64,000 bases of DNA from an uncultured Gemmatimonadaceae bacterium (lineage in GTDB: Bacteria; Gemmatimonadota; Gemmatimonadetes; Gemmatimonadales; Gemmatimonadaceae): positions 2,976,001 to 3,040,000 of the forward strand of contig CAVXGK010000002.1 of the NCBI GenBank assembly GCA_963761305.1, given 5' to 3'. Made by a program: the position numbers and the translations under genes. Each line of letters begins with the position of its first letter. Position 1 is the stretch's first letter. Shown piece after piece: positions 1 through 9,913 of this stretch. The notes under the pieces were generated by a model. That model saw only the letters and a program-made list of their open reading frames with translations. It did not search any database and was not told the origin of the DNA.

Positions 1-1236
1 GTTCCCGGCATCACGCACTGGAATCACCCATCGTTCTTCGCCTACTTCGCGACGTCGGCGGCAGCGCCCGGCATTCTCGCCGAGATGCTGACCGCGACGC
101 TCGACGTGAAGGCGATGCTGTGGAAGACGTCACCCGCGGCGACAGAGCTCGAACAAGTCGTGACCGATTGGTTGCGGCAGATGCTCGGCCTCGACGAGGG
201 TTGGTTCGGACTGACGACGGATACGGCGTCGATCTCCACCATGCTCGCGGTCGCGGCGGCGCGCGAAGCGAAGCCGGAGCTCGCGATTCGAGAGCGCGGC
301 TTGGCGGGACGCTCGGATCTGCCGGTGCTCCGGGTGTATGCGTCCGAGCACGCGCACTCGGCGATCGACAAGGCGGCGATCGCGCTGGGCCTGGGGCTCG
401 AGAATCTCGTGCACGTGCCGAGCGACGCGGCATTTCGAATGCGCCCCGACGTGCTCGGCGCGGCGATCGCCGACGATCGCGCGCGCGGGTTCATCCCGCT
501 CGCGTGTGTCGCGACCGTAGGAACGACGAGTACGGCAAGCATCGACCCGCTCCCCGCGATCGCGGAGATCTGCCGGCGTGAAGACGTCTGGTTGCACGTC
601 GACGGGGCGTACGGCGGGGTGCTCGCCATCGCGCCGGAGTTTCGCTCGGTGCTCGACGGCCTGGAGGGTGCGGACTCGTTCGTCGTGAATCCGCACAAGT
701 GGATGTTCACGCCGTTCGATTGTTCGGTGCTGTTTCTCAAGCGGCCCGACGTGCTCAAGCGCGCATTCTCGCTCGTGCCCGAGTTCCTCGTCACTCGCGA
801 GCAGGACGAGGTGGTGAACTACATGGACTACGGCGTGCAGCTCGGGCGGCGATTTCGCGCGCTCAAGCTGTGGATGATCATCCGCGCGTTCGGCGTCGAC
901 GGGTTGGCCGAGCGGATGCGGGCGCACTGTGCGCTCGCGCGCACGTTCGCGGGGTGGGTGCGCGAGACGCCGGGGTGGGAAGTCGTCGCACCCGTCGACT
1001 TTTCACTCGTCTGCTTCCGCTTCGCGCCGTCGGGAACGAGCGAGGAGCGACCGGACGCGATGAACGAGGAGATCATGCAGGCGGTGAACGCGAGTGGGGA
1101 GGCCTATCTCTCGCACACTCGGCTCAACGGACGACTCGTCCTCCGGTTCGCGATCGGGAATATCAGAACGGAAGAGAAGCACGTCGCGAAGGCGTGGGCG
1201 AAACTGAAAGGCGAAGGTGACAAACTCCGAAGGTGA
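1..1236 (+). CDS. Group II PLP-dependent decarboxylase (aromatic L-amino acid decarboxylase-like), 5'-truncated by window edge
   Basis: Frame open from base 1: VPGITHWNHPSFFAYF, AHSAIDKAA, WLHVDGAYGG, PLP lysine motif NPHKW, GRRFRALKLW. Confidence 0.93.
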   Translation, partial: VPGITHWNHPSFFAYFATSAAAPGILAEMLTATLDVKAMLWKTSPAATELEQVVTDWLRQMLGLDEGWFGLTTDTASISTMLAVAAAREAKPELAIRERGLAGRSDLPVLRVYASEHAHSAIDKAAIALGLGLENLVHVPSDAAFRMRPDVLGAAIADDRARGFIPLACVATVGTTSTASIDPLPAIAEICRREDVWLHVDGAYGGVLAIAPEFRSVLDGLEGADSFVVNPHKWMFTPFDCSVLFLKRPDVLKRAFSLVPEFLVTREQDEVVNYMDYGVQLGRRFRALKLWMIIRAFGVDGLAERMRAHCALARTFAGWVRETPGWEVVAPVDFSLVCFRFAPSGTSEERPDAMNEEIMQAVNASGEAYLSHTRLNGRLVLRFAIGNIRTEEKHVAKAWAKLKGEGDKLRR

Positions 1237-1388
1237 CGAACGGCGAGACTAACGAACGACGAGGGTGACGAACGCCGAGAAGGGCGAGAAGGGCGAATCA
1301 GATTCGCCGTCTCGCCCTTCTCGCCCTTTGTTACCTTCGCAGTTCGTTACCTTCGGAGTTCGTTACCTTCGCTGTTTGTTAGTTTCGC
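1211..1388. repeat. Large palindrome built from ~16-bp tandem units (CGAAGGTGACGAAC-like x4, centre, inverted x4)
   Basis: Left units at 1211-1275, two CGAGAAGGG units, centre CGAATCAGATTCG (~1294-1306), then inverted units (GTTCGTTACCTTCG-like) to ~1387. Lies between two convergent genes. Confidence 0.85.
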
Positions 1389-2029
1389 TATTCGTGCGCA
1401 GCGAGCTTGTCGGTGAAGAACTGCGGAAAACTCTTCTTCAAGTTCACCACCTTCGGCGCGTCGTTGATCGCGATGTACGGCTGATCCGGGTGCAGCTCGG
1501 CGTAGTTCTGGTGATAGTCTTCGGCGCGATAGAACGCCTTGAGCTTCTGCACCTGGGTGACGATCGGCTTCGAGTACAGGTGTGACCCGTTGAGTTGGGC
1601 GATGTACGCCTCGGCCATGTCCCGCTGCTCGTCGGTCATGTAGAAGATCGCCGAGCGATACTGCGTGCCGACGTCCGGGCCTTGGCGGTTGAGCTGCGTC
1701 GGGTCGTGCGCCACGCTGAAGAACACGCGCATCAGGTCGGCGAACGAGACCTGCGCCGGATCGAACGCGACGCGCACCGACTCCGCGTGCCCCGTGGACC
1801 CGGAGCTGACTTCCTCGTAATCCGGGTGATCCTTCGTCCCGCCGGCATAGCCGGAGGTCGCGCTGACCACGCCTTTGACGTGCTGGAAAACCGATTGAAT
1901 TCCCCAGAAGCAGCCGCCGGCGAACACGACCGTCTCGGTCTTGGGCGACGCCGCGTTCGGCCGCACCATCGCCGAGGTCGCCGCGACGAGGCCGGCAGCG
2001 ATGATTCCCCGAGTCAATACACGCATCAT
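1388..2029 (-). CDS. msrA: Peptide-methionine (S)-S-oxide reductase with N-terminal signal peptide
   Basis: FAGGCFWG active site, GHAESV, DPTQLNRQGPDVGTQYRS, AEDYHQNY; hydrophobic N-terminus. Confidence 0.95.
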   Translation of the reverse strand: MMRVLTRGIIAAGLVAATSAMVRPNAASPKTETVVFAGGCFWGIQSVFQHVKGVVSATSGYAGGTKDHPDYEEVSSGSTGHAESVRVAFDPAQVSFADLMRVFFSVAHDPTQLNRQGPDVGTQYRSAIFYMTDEQRDMAEAYIAQLNGSHLYSKPIVTQVQKLKAFYRAEDYHQNYAELHPDQPYIAINDAPKVVNLKKSFPQFFTDKLAAHE

Positions 2030-2099
2030 GGTCCCACCCTCCGTTCCTTAAGAGTCGTTCACTTTCGGGATCCGTCGATCGCGCCGATCACATCCAACT

Positions 2100-2723
2100 T
2101 CAATCCTCGCTGTCGGCGTTTCCAGGAGTCGGCATTTCCTTTGTGTCGCCCGACGCCAGCACTTCGACCACTTCCTCCGGAACGTGCCGGGCCCGCACGA
2201 TCCAGAAACCGAGCCCCAACAACAGAACGAATAACGCCACCAAGAAGTTCTCGTAACGGCGAACGTGCCCGAGAATGATCAAGGTCGTCTCGCCGAAGGC
2301 CCATCCGATTCCGGTGAAGACGAGAGCCCAGCTGGCGGCGCTGATCGCGCTTCCGACCAAATACACCGGGAGCGGCACGCGCGCGGCCCCACAGGCGATC
2401 GGCAACGTCAACCGTAATCCGTACGCCCACCGAACCGCGACGGATGCACGCCACGGGTGGCGTCGAACGACCTTGAACGTGCGGACCATCCAGTCGCGCA
2501 ACCGTGGCCAGCGCTGCCGAGCCCAGCGGCCCTGCCAACGTCCCACATAATACAACCCCAGGTCGGCGAGCCACGTTCCGACGGCGATGGCAAGGAACAC
2601 CGTCGTGAGACGCAAATAGCGGTCGTGGGCCATGAGGCCGCCGATGAGCGGCGTCGCCTCTTCGGTGACGATCCCGGTCGCGCCGAGCGTGATGTATGCC
2701 CACAAGCGGTGGAGCGCGGCCAT
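2100..2723 (-). CDS. DedA/VTT-domain membrane protein
   Basis: GTWLADLGLYYVGR, RWAYGLR and PIACG motifs typical of DedA. Start set at ATG 2723 because the upstream gene ends at 2800. Confidence 0.8.
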   Translation of the reverse strand: MAALHRLWAYITLGATGIVTEEATPLIGGLMAHDRYLRLTTVFLAIAVGTWLADLGLYYVGRWQGRWARQRWPRLRDWMVRTFKVVRRHPWRASVAVRWAYGLRLTLPIACGAARVPLPVYLVGSAISAASWALVFTGIGWAFGETTLIILGHVRRYENFLVALFVLLLGLGFWIVRARHVPEEVVEVLASGDTKEMPTPGNADSED

Positions 2724-2799
2724 GGCCTGCGGATGCCGCGTCGCGATCTGCAGAAGCGCGAGAATCGTCGTCGCCCTCGAGCCGTTGTGAAGGGGCGAT

Positions 2800-3690
2800 T
2801 CAGGGCGCGATGGACGCGACCACGGGCGGATCCGCTGGCCGAAGCGCGTCCAAGCGCGCGCGCAACTCGGTCTGCAGACGGCGGGCAATTGGGCCCGGTT
2901 TCCCCTCGCCGACGACTTTGCCGTCGAGCCGAACCACGGGCATTACGTCGGTCGTGGTGCCGACGAGAAACAATTCCTCAACCCGGGCGAGGTCGCGCTC
3001 GCCGAACGCCGCTTCTCGTACGGGCACGCCAAGCGATCGCGCGATCTCGAGGATGACGGCTCGTGTGACACCCGGAAGGATCAAGTGATTCGCCTGGTGT
3101 GTGCACAGTGCGCCGTCGAGCACAACGAAAACGTTGGTGTGCGACCCTTCGGTCACGACGCCGTCGCGTATCATGATCGCTTCGATCGCGTGACGTTCCT
3201 CGGCGGCTTGTTTGGCCAGGACGTTGGGCAGCAGCTGGATGGATTTGATGTCGCAGCGCAGCCACCGAACGTCGGGCACGGTGATGCATTCGGCGCCGTG
3301 CTCGCGGACGTCTTCCGGGGTGACGAGACGATTCGCCGTGGCGTAGACCGTCGGCGACACGCGCGCCGCCGGGAACTGGTGCGTTCGCGGCGCCACGCCG
3401 CGCGTGATTTCCAGATAGAACGTCGCGTCGCCGTCGAGCAGATCGGAGTCGGTCAGGAGCCGGCGGGCGATCTCGTGAAGTCGGTCGCGCGTCGACACGT
3501 CGGGGCGCGCGATTCTCAGCTCGTCCAGGCCGCGATGGAGTCGTGCGATGTGGCGATCGCTCTCGAACAGCGAACCGCCGACCGCGCGCCACACCTCGTA
3601 GACGCCGTCGCCGAAGACGAAGCCACGATCGTCGACCGGAATGGAGGCGGCGGAGCGAGGAAGGAAGTGACCGTCGAGGTACGCAAGCAC
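2800..3690 (-). CDS. Class IV aminotransferase, D-amino-acid transaminase-like
   Basis: DRGFVFGDGVYEV, TRGVAPRTHQFP, RCDIKSIQLLPN, EGSHTN, ILPGVTR. Start uncertain (GTG 3690 or ATG 3750). Confidence 0.88.
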   Translation of the reverse strand: MLAYLDGHFLPRSAASIPVDDRGFVFGDGVYEVWRAVGGSLFESDRHIARLHRGLDELRIARPDVSTRDRLHEIARRLLTDSDLLDGDATFYLEITRGVAPRTHQFPAARVSPTVYATANRLVTPEDVREHGAECITVPDVRWLRCDIKSIQLLPNVLAKQAAEERHAIEAIMIRDGVVTEGSHTNVFVVLDGALCTHQANHLILPGVTRAVILEIARSLGVPVREAAFGERDLARVEELFLVGTTTDVMPVVRLDGKVVGEGKPGPIARRLQTELRARLDALRPADPPVVASIAP

Positions 3691-3748
3691 GTGGCGTATT
3701 GGAGAGGATGGACCGGCTGGAAGGTAACTTTGGACGGGTGCCTCGGAC

Positions 3749-4279
3749 ATGTCCAACGTCATTCTCGAAACTCCGCGTCTCCGACTGCGCGAGCTAGCGG
3801 CGAGCGATCTCGATTTCGTCGCCGCGATGCTCAGCGACGCCGACGTCATGCGCTACTACCCGAACCGCCTCGACCGCGACGGGTCGCTGGCCTGGATTGA
3901 ACGCCAGCAAATGCGGTACGCGCGCGACGGACACGGCCTCTGGCTGCTCGTGAATCGCGAAACGGACGAACCCGTCGGGCAGGTCGGGCTCGTCATGCAC
4001 GAGTTGAAGGGCCTGCCTCGGCCGCGCTATCCGGAAATCGGCTACCTGTTGCACCGACCCTTCTGGCATCGCGGATTCGCCACCGAGGCCGCAGTCGGCG
4101 TGCGCGACTACGCGTTTCACGTTCGCGCCTACGATCAAGTCATTTCGCTCATTCGTCCGGTCAACGAGCCGTCCCAGGCAGTCGCGCGCCGTCTCGGCAT
4201 GTCAGTCATCGGCGAGACCGAATTCGCCGGACTCTCGCACCTCGTTTTCGGATTGAACGCCGAGCGCGCGCCGCTCTGA
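3749..4279 (+). CDS. GNAT N-acetyltransferase (RimJ/RimL-like)
   Basis: LETPRLRLR, EIGY..FWHRGFATEAA, NEPSQAVARRLGM. Confidence 0.88.
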   Translation: MSNVILETPRLRLRELAASDLDFVAAMLSDADVMRYYPNRLDRDGSLAWIERQQMRYARDGHGLWLLVNRETDEPVGQVGLVMHELKGLPRPRYPEIGYLLHRPFWHRGFATEAAVGVRDYAFHVRAYDQVISLIRPVNEPSQAVARRLGMSVIGETEFAGLSHLVFGLNAERAPL

Positions 4280-4353
4280 GGCTGTTTCCACCGAGGCTTT
4301 ACAACTGACGCCGTCGCCTTGCGAGGCAAAGCGCTTTGGCGTCGATTCAGCAA

Positions 4354-5829
4354 ATGCCCTTCGCGCCCCGACAAACGAACGGCGAGCGGACGGGCGCGAC
4401 GGCAGCGCTGCTGTTTTTGGCGCTGACCTCGCTCCCAGCCACGTCGCTCGCACAGCACCAGACGATCTCACGGGCTGATTCCGCCCTCGTCTTCCGCATT
4501 CTGACGGCCGAGGACCGGCGTGATACGGCGGACGCGTCGCTCGCTCAAGGTGAACAGTCCGCCGATCAGCGAATCCGGCTGCTCGCACGGCGCGCGCTCG
4601 GCCGCATCCGCGATCCGCGGTTCGCGGCGCGCGATTCGTTGCCGGCGCCGCGGGCACCAATGGCGTGGCCCGAGCCGGCGTGGCGTCTTCGCTACCGCGC
4701 GCTGACCGCGCAGTCGGACTGCGGCGTGATTCGAACGGCGTTGGCCGACAGCGCGTGGCCTGTGCGCCTGCATGCCGCCGATCTCGCGAGCGCGTCGTGC
4801 TCGGGCGATTCCGCCGTCGTCGCGACGCTCGAGCGGTGGGTCGACGTTGTGCCGGTCGTCGCGTCGCAGCGCGCGCCGGGAGGCGTGTCGTGGCAAGCGG
4901 CGGCGCACGCGATCGTCGGGCTCTCCCGCGTGGCGCCCGACCAGGCGCAGCGTCGACTCGCTTCGCTAGCGGCCCACCGTCAATGGCAGATCCGGGCGTA
5001 CGCCGCTCGCGCGGCCCGCGTGCTGTCGGACACCGCGCACCTGCGAACGCTCGCGCGCGACGCCAACGACAACGTGAAAGAGCAAGCGATCGACGCGCTG
5101 AGCGCGTTGACCCGACACATGGACGATCGCCTGTTCATCGCGGTGCTCAATTCGCCGACCGCGGGCGCGCAAGCCGTTCGCGCCGCGGCGCGGGCGCTGC
5201 TCGGATCGCCAGATCCCGCCGCGCACGCCGCCGAGAACGCGGCGTTCGCCCGGTGGGTGGCGCGCGACAACGCGTCGGCGCGAGACGCGCGCGTCGCGCT
5301 GCTCGAAGCCGCCGGACGTCCGGCGAGCGAGGACCGGCCGCCGACGACGCAGGTCGATCTTCCCGCCCGCGTGGTACCGTTGGCACTCGGCGCCGAAGCC
5401 CGCGTGCGCGTGACGATGGCGCGTGAGAACGGAGGCGGTTCGTTCGTCGTGTGGATGCGCGGCGACGTCGCGCCGATCATGGTGGCGCGCGTCCTCGGGC
5501 TCGTGAAGTCGGGCTACTACAACGGGTACGGTTGGCACCGCGTCGAGCCCGATTTCGTGATTCAAGGTCCGAGTGCGGGCGACAACGAGTACGTCGGCTA
5601 CTCGCGCTACTTCCGCGACGAGTTGAGCACGCTGCCCCACGCCCGCGGTACCGTTGGCATGAGCACGCGCGGACACGACAGCGGCGACGGGCAGTGGTTC
5701 ATCAACCTTCGCGACAATCTGCGGCTCGGCCGCGACTACACCGTGTTCGGCGAGGTGGTCGAGGGGATCGACGTGGTCGACGGCATACTCGAAGGCGACG
5801 TCATCGCGCGCATGGAAGAGATCCGGTAA
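4354..5829 (+). CDS. Secreted HEAT-repeat protein with C-terminal cyclophilin-type peptidyl-prolyl isomerase
   Basis: Signal peptide, Ala/Arg-rich helical repeats (WQIRAYAARA, NVKEQAIDAL), C-terminal YYNG..WHRVEPDFVIQG, GTVGMS, QWFINL, YTVFGEVVEG. Confidence 0.82.
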   Translation: MPFAPRQTNGERTGATAALLFLALTSLPATSLAQHQTISRADSALVFRILTAEDRRDTADASLAQGEQSADQRIRLLARRALGRIRDPRFAARDSLPAPRAPMAWPEPAWRLRYRALTAQSDCGVIRTALADSAWPVRLHAADLASASCSGDSAVVATLERWVDVVPVVASQRAPGGVSWQAAAHAIVGLSRVAPDQAQRRLASLAAHRQWQIRAYAARAARVLSDTAHLRTLARDANDNVKEQAIDALSALTRHMDDRLFIAVLNSPTAGAQAVRAAARALLGSPDPAAHAAENAAFARWVARDNASARDARVALLEAAGRPASEDRPPTTQVDLPARVVPLALGAEARVRVTMARENGGGSFVVWMRGDVAPIMVARVLGLVKSGYYNGYGWHRVEPDFVIQGPSAGDNEYVGYSRYFRDELSTLPHARGTVGMSTRGHDSGDGQWFINLRDNLRLGRDYTVFGEVVEGIDVVDGILEGDVIARMEEIR

Positions 5830-5860
5830 GGAGCCGCGACGTTGGGTCAGCGCCGCGACA

Positions 5861-6382
5861 TCAACCGCCCGTGTGCTTCGTGACCTCGTCGAAGACGAGC
5901 TTCTCGAGGCGACCCGTCGAGTAACAGGCCTTTGCCATCCGGATGGGCCCTGTCAGATCGCGGCCGCTGGCGACCGTCGACACGCCGAGCCGCGTTCCCT
6001 TCCCCGGCAGCGGCACGACGTACGCGACGACGACGATGTCGAGTTGGTACGAGTCGGCGTACGGGCCGGTGGGGCCCTCACCGCAGTCGTACGATTTCGA
6101 CAAGAGCGCGCCCGCCAAGTTGCGCGAGCGCTGGAATCGTTCGCTGCCGATGACGCCTTGCGTGTTGGCCGTCTGGCCGACGGGGATGTCGAGCGCGGGA
6201 TACGCGTGCAACACGGCGTCGTAAATCTTGGCCGGTTCCGCGCGGAATTCACGCTGGACTTGCATGGTGTCGAGCAGAACGGGCTCGGTCCATGCCTGAA
6301 GACGGATTCGTACGTTCTGTGCGGTCGCGACGTTGGCGAGAACGACGAGTGCCAATGCGACCGGGGTGGGGGTTCGGCGCAT
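5861..6382 (-). CDS. Hypothetical secreted protein
   Basis: 173 aa, Sec-type signal peptide (..VATAQ), two Cys; fills the gap between neighbouring genes. Confidence 0.65.
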   Translation of the reverse strand: MRRTPTPVALALVVLANVATAQNVRIRLQAWTEPVLLDTMQVQREFRAEPAKIYDAVLHAYPALDIPVGQTANTQGVIGSERFQRSRNLAGALLSKSYDCGEGPTGPYADSYQLDIVVVAYVVPLPGKGTRLGVSTVASGRDLTGPIRMAKACYSTGRLEKLVFDEVTKHTGG

Positions 6383-6437
6383 GACCTATCGTGGCACCGA
6401 ATTCGGCGCCGGGCAAGACTGCGCCGGTTGAATCCTG

Positions 6438-7568
6438 TTAGACGCGCGCGAACCGACGCCGTTCGGCCAATTCCACGATCGCGTCTTCGCACTCGTTCAA
6501 GCACGCCTCGACGCGCGCGACCGAGTGGTCACCCATGTGGCCGATGCGCACCGTCGACTCGCGGAGCTGACCGTAGCCGCTGCCGATCGTGAAACCGCGC
6601 GCCTGCACAGCCTCGATCATCTCGGGGCCGCGCATGCCCGTCGGCAGCACGATCACCGACACGGTCGGCGAACGCGCTCCCTCAGGCGCGACGACACCGA
6701 GATCGAATCCGCGGCGGCGCGCGACCCCGGCGACCCAGTCGATCGTGGCGTCGCGCATGGCGAGGTGTCGATCCCACCGTTGCTCGATTCCTTCGCGCCC
6801 GATGTCGCCCATCTGCGTTTCGAGCGCGTAGAGCAGCGACGTCGCCGGCGTGCTCGGCGTCTGGTTCATGTTGGCGAACTTCTCGTACTGCAACACGTCG
6901 AAGTAGAAGCCGCGATCGCGCACCGACGCGGCTCGTTCCACGTACTCCTTCGATGCGACGGCGAAGGCGAGTCCCGCGGGCAGCGCGAGCGCCTTCTGCG
7001 ACCCGGTGAGCACGAAGTCGAGCTGCCAGGCATCCACCATCAGCTCCGCGCCGCCGGCGCCGGAGACGCTGTCGACGATCGCCATGGCGCCGTAGCGATG
7101 CGCCAGCTCGGCCACGGCGCGCACGTCGGTCAGCACACCGGTCGACGTCTCGGAGTGCGCGACGGTCACCGCGGACAACTCACGGCGCCTGAGGGCGTCC
7201 TCGACGGCGTTCAGGTCGAACGTGGCGCCCCACGGCACCTCGACGCGCTCGACGACGCGCTCGCACGACTCGGCCACGGCGGCGAATCGCTCGGAGAACC
7301 CGCCGTTGACGAGCGAGAGGATCGCGCCCGCGCGCACGTTGCGGATCGCCATCTCCATGAATCCGGTCGCCGACGTCGCGCCGACGTACACCGGCCGCGC
7401 CGTGAGCAGCACGTCGCGAAGCCCCGCCTCGATACGCGCGAACATCGCCTCGAACTCGCGACCGCGGTGCACGATCATCGGGCGCGTGAGCTCGGCGAGG
7501 ATCTCCGGACGAATCTCGGTAGGGCCGGGAACGAAGAACGTCCCGAACTCGGAACGGTACTCTGCCAT
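6438..7568 (-). CDS. Class V aminotransferase (alanine-glyoxylate/serine-pyruvate family)
   Basis: FVPGPT, NGGFSER, HSETSTGV, VDSVS, TGSQKALALPAG, TPSTP, RIGHMG. Confidence 0.92.
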   Translation of the reverse strand: MAEYRSEFGTFFVPGPTEIRPEILAELTRPMIVHRGREFEAMFARIEAGLRDVLLTARPVYVGATSATGFMEMAIRNVRAGAILSLVNGGFSERFAAVAESCERVVERVEVPWGATFDLNAVEDALRRRELSAVTVAHSETSTGVLTDVRAVAELAHRYGAMAIVDSVSGAGGAELMVDAWQLDFVLTGSQKALALPAGLAFAVASKEYVERAASVRDRGFYFDVLQYEKFANMNQTPSTPATSLLYALETQMGDIGREGIEQRWDRHLAMRDATIDWVAGVARRRGFDLGVVAPEGARSPTVSVIVLPTGMRGPEMIEAVQARGFTIGSGYGQLRESTVRIGHMGDHSVARVEACLNECEDAIVELAERRRFARV

Positions 7569-7607
7569 GCCCAAAACTATACGCGGTCGGGTGCGGAGAC
7601 CGGACCG

Positions 7608-9173
7608 CTAACGACGCGTGAGCACCCGGCCCGCGAACGCGTTGGCGAATCGTCCGCCGTCGACCGTCACCGTTCCGTTCACGAGCAGGTAGCGCACACC
7701 GGTCGCCAGCAGCGTGGGCTGCTCGTACGTCGAGCGGTCGGCGAACGTCGCTTCGTCGAACACCACGACGTCGGCAAACGCGCCGGTGGCGATTCGTCCG
7801 CGGCCCTCGAGCCCGAGGATTTCGGCGGTCTCCGCGCTGCTACGCTGCACGGCGCGCTCGAGCGTCAGCACGTGCTTCTGCTCGACGTACTCGTGGAAGA
7901 GTTTCGGAAACGTGCCGTACTTGCGCGGGTGCCCGTCGCTGCCGTCCGATCCGGTGACGACGAAGTCCGGCGTCATGAAATTCTCGATGTCCTTCTCCGT
8001 CATGTTGAACGACGCGACGCCGGGATCGGCGCCGGCGAGGATGATGGCGAGCGCCGCGTCGACGGGCGTGGTGTGTCGCCGCTGCGCGATCTCGTCGAGG
8101 CGCTTGCCGAGGAGGCTCGTGTCGCGCGTCGACGAGATGAGCAGCGCGTGCGCGCCGTTGCGGCGCTTGAGATTCGTCTCCATCTCGGCGACGAGCCGCG
8201 CGCGCGTCGCCGGATCGTTCGCGCGGGCTCGCAGCGAATCGCGGCCACCGGCCTCCGCCCACCTCGGCAACAGCGACGCGCCGAGGCTCGTGCCCGACGC
8301 GTCGTACGGATATTGGTCGGCGGTGACGACGAGGCCCGCCGCGCGCGCCTTCTTGATGATGGCGATGACGCTGTCGCTCTCGCCCCAGACGTCCGTGCCG
8401 AGCGCCTTGATGTGCGAGATGTGAATCGGGATGTGGGCCTCGCGCCCGATGCGGATCGCTTCGTTCACGGCGCCAATGAGGCCGATCGTGTACGAGCTCT
8501 CGTCGCGCAGGTGCGAGTCGTACAAGCCGCCCTTGGCCCCGGCGACTTTCGCGAGCTCGATGACCTCTTCGGTCGACGCGTAGCTCCCCGGCGCGTAGTA
8601 GAGTCCAGTCGACATGCCGAGCGCGCCCTGATCCATCCCGCGGCCCACGATCGCGCGCATCGAATCGAGTTGCGCCGGGGTCGGGGCGCCCGACGACATC
8701 CCGAGCACCGCGCCGCGAACGGAGCCTTCTCCGATGTAGACGGCCGCGTTCGTGCCGATGCCGCCCTTTCGCCACGAGTCGAGCGTCCGGCCGATGTCGA
8801 TCGACCCACCGCCATCGTTGTTGGTTATGACCGTCGTGACGCCCTGCATGAGGTAGGCGAGATTCGCGCGCCGGGCCGGCGACGAGAGATCGGCCTGTGT
8901 GTGCGTGTGCGGATCGATGAATCCCGGCGCGACGATGAGACCCGTCGCGTCGATCGTGTGAGTCGCGTTCACGTGGCTCGCCGCCGCGTCGCCCACGAAC
9001 GTGATTCGATCGCCCGTGACTCCGACATCCGCCCGCCGCCGAGCCGTTCCGCTCCCGTCGACGAGCGTGCCGCCGCGAATCAGAATGTCGGCCCGCTGCT
9101 GTGCGCCCGCCATCACGGGGAGCAGCAGCCGCAACGCGAGGCCGAGGCCGGACAGTCGACGAAGTTTTCTCAC
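7608..9173 (-). CDS. N-acyl-D-amino-acid deacylase family amidohydrolase, secreted
   Basis: DILIRGGTLVDGSG, PGFIDPHTH, STGLYYAPG, SHLRDE, HISHIK, DQYPY, GSDG..HPRKYGTFP; signal peptide from GTG 9173. Confidence 0.9.
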   Translation of the reverse strand: MRKLRRLSGLGLALRLLLPVMAGAQQRADILIRGGTLVDGSGTARRRADVGVTGDRITFVGDAAASHVNATHTIDATGLIVAPGFIDPHTHTQADLSSPARRANLAYLMQGVTTVITNNDGGGSIDIGRTLDSWRKGGIGTNAAVYIGEGSVRGAVLGMSSGAPTPAQLDSMRAIVGRGMDQGALGMSTGLYYAPGSYASTEEVIELAKVAGAKGGLYDSHLRDESSYTIGLIGAVNEAIRIGREAHIPIHISHIKALGTDVWGESDSVIAIIKKARAAGLVVTADQYPYDASGTSLGASLLPRWAEAGGRDSLRARANDPATRARLVAEMETNLKRRNGAHALLISSTRDTSLLGKRLDEIAQRRHTTPVDAALAIILAGADPGVASFNMTEKDIENFMTPDFVVTGSDGSDGHPRKYGTFPKLFHEYVEQKHVLTLERAVQRSSAETAEILGLEGRGRIATGAFADVVVFDEATFADRSTYEQPTLLATGVRYLLVNGTVTVDGGRFANAFAGRVLTRR

Positions 9174-9223
9174 GCGTAGACGATGCGTTGTTTCGCGCGA
9201 GAGCGCGAGTGTCGCGGGTCGAG

Positions 9224-9913
9224 TCAGTTCTGAATTCGGTATCCGGTCTTTCGTACCGTGAGAATGTGCCGCGGCTCGGCGGCGTTCTCCTCGAGCTTTC
9301 GCCGCAGCTCGGCGACGTGCGTGTCGACCGTACGGCTGTACACCTCGCCCGAGTAGCCCCACACCTCCTCGAGCAGCTCGGTGCGCGACGCCACTTGGCC
9401 GCGTCTTTGGAGCAACGCGATCAGGAGGTCGTACTCCTTCGGCCGCAATTGCACTGCGCTTCCCGCGCGCTGCACCGTGTGCGTGCGAGGATCCACGTGC
9501 ACGTCGCCGAACGTCACCGGTGCGGCCAGCTTGCTCGTCGATCCAGCGGTCGCCGCGCGACGCAGCAGCGCGTCCACGCGCGCCAACAACTCGAGCAGGC
9601 CGAACGGCTTGGCGACGTAGTCGTCGGCCCCAAGCCTGAAGCCGAGCACTTTGTCCGCCTCTTCGCCGCGCGCGCTCAGGATCAGCACCGGCGTGTCGAC
9701 GCCGTCTTCACGCAGCGACGCCAGCACGCGGTAGCCGTCCATCCCCGGCAGCATCAGATCGAGAATGATGAGGTCAGGGCCGGACGATCGCGCGAGCGCC
9801 AATCCCGACGGACCGTCAGCCGCAACGGACACATCGTGGCCTTCGATCTCGAGGTTGTTGCGCAGCCCCGTCGCCAAGTTGCGGTTGTCCTCGATGACGA
9901 GAATGCGCGTCAC
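9224..9913 (-). CDS. OmpR/PhoB-family response regulator
   Basis: ILVIEDN, DLIILDLMLPGMDG, GADDYVAKPF, winged helix RTVDTHVAELRRKLE..TVRKTGY; GTG overlaps the kinase stop. Confidence 0.95.
   Translation of the reverse strand: MTRILVIEDNRNLATGLRNNLEIEGHDVSVAADGPSGLALARSSGPDLIILDLMLPGMDGYRVLASLREDGVDTPVLILSARGEEADKVLGFRLGADDYVAKPFGLLELLARVDALLRRAATAGSTSKLAAPVTFGDVHVDPRTHTVQRAGSAVQLRPKEYDLLIALLQRRGQVASRTELLEEVWGYSGEVYSRTVDTHVAELRRKLEENAAEPRHILTVRKTGYRIQN

Noticed and set aside
1211..1388. Possible CRISPR array (also considered for the 32.5 and 47.8 kb repeats)
   Set aside because: Units are 8-17 bp, abut without unique spacers, switch orientation, and no cas genes are present.
3745..3754. Divergent genes sharing overlapping start codons in GGACATGTCC
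   Set aside because: The transaminase more plausibly starts at GTG 3690, where family similarity begins, which leaves room for promoters.
6525..9179. Long ORFs with no recognisable motif (e.g. 6525-9179 +, 22041-24026 +, 45607-47925 +, 54603-56855 -)
   Set aside because: They lie antisense or out of frame to well-supported genes and are Arg/Ala-rich shadows typical of high-GC DNA.
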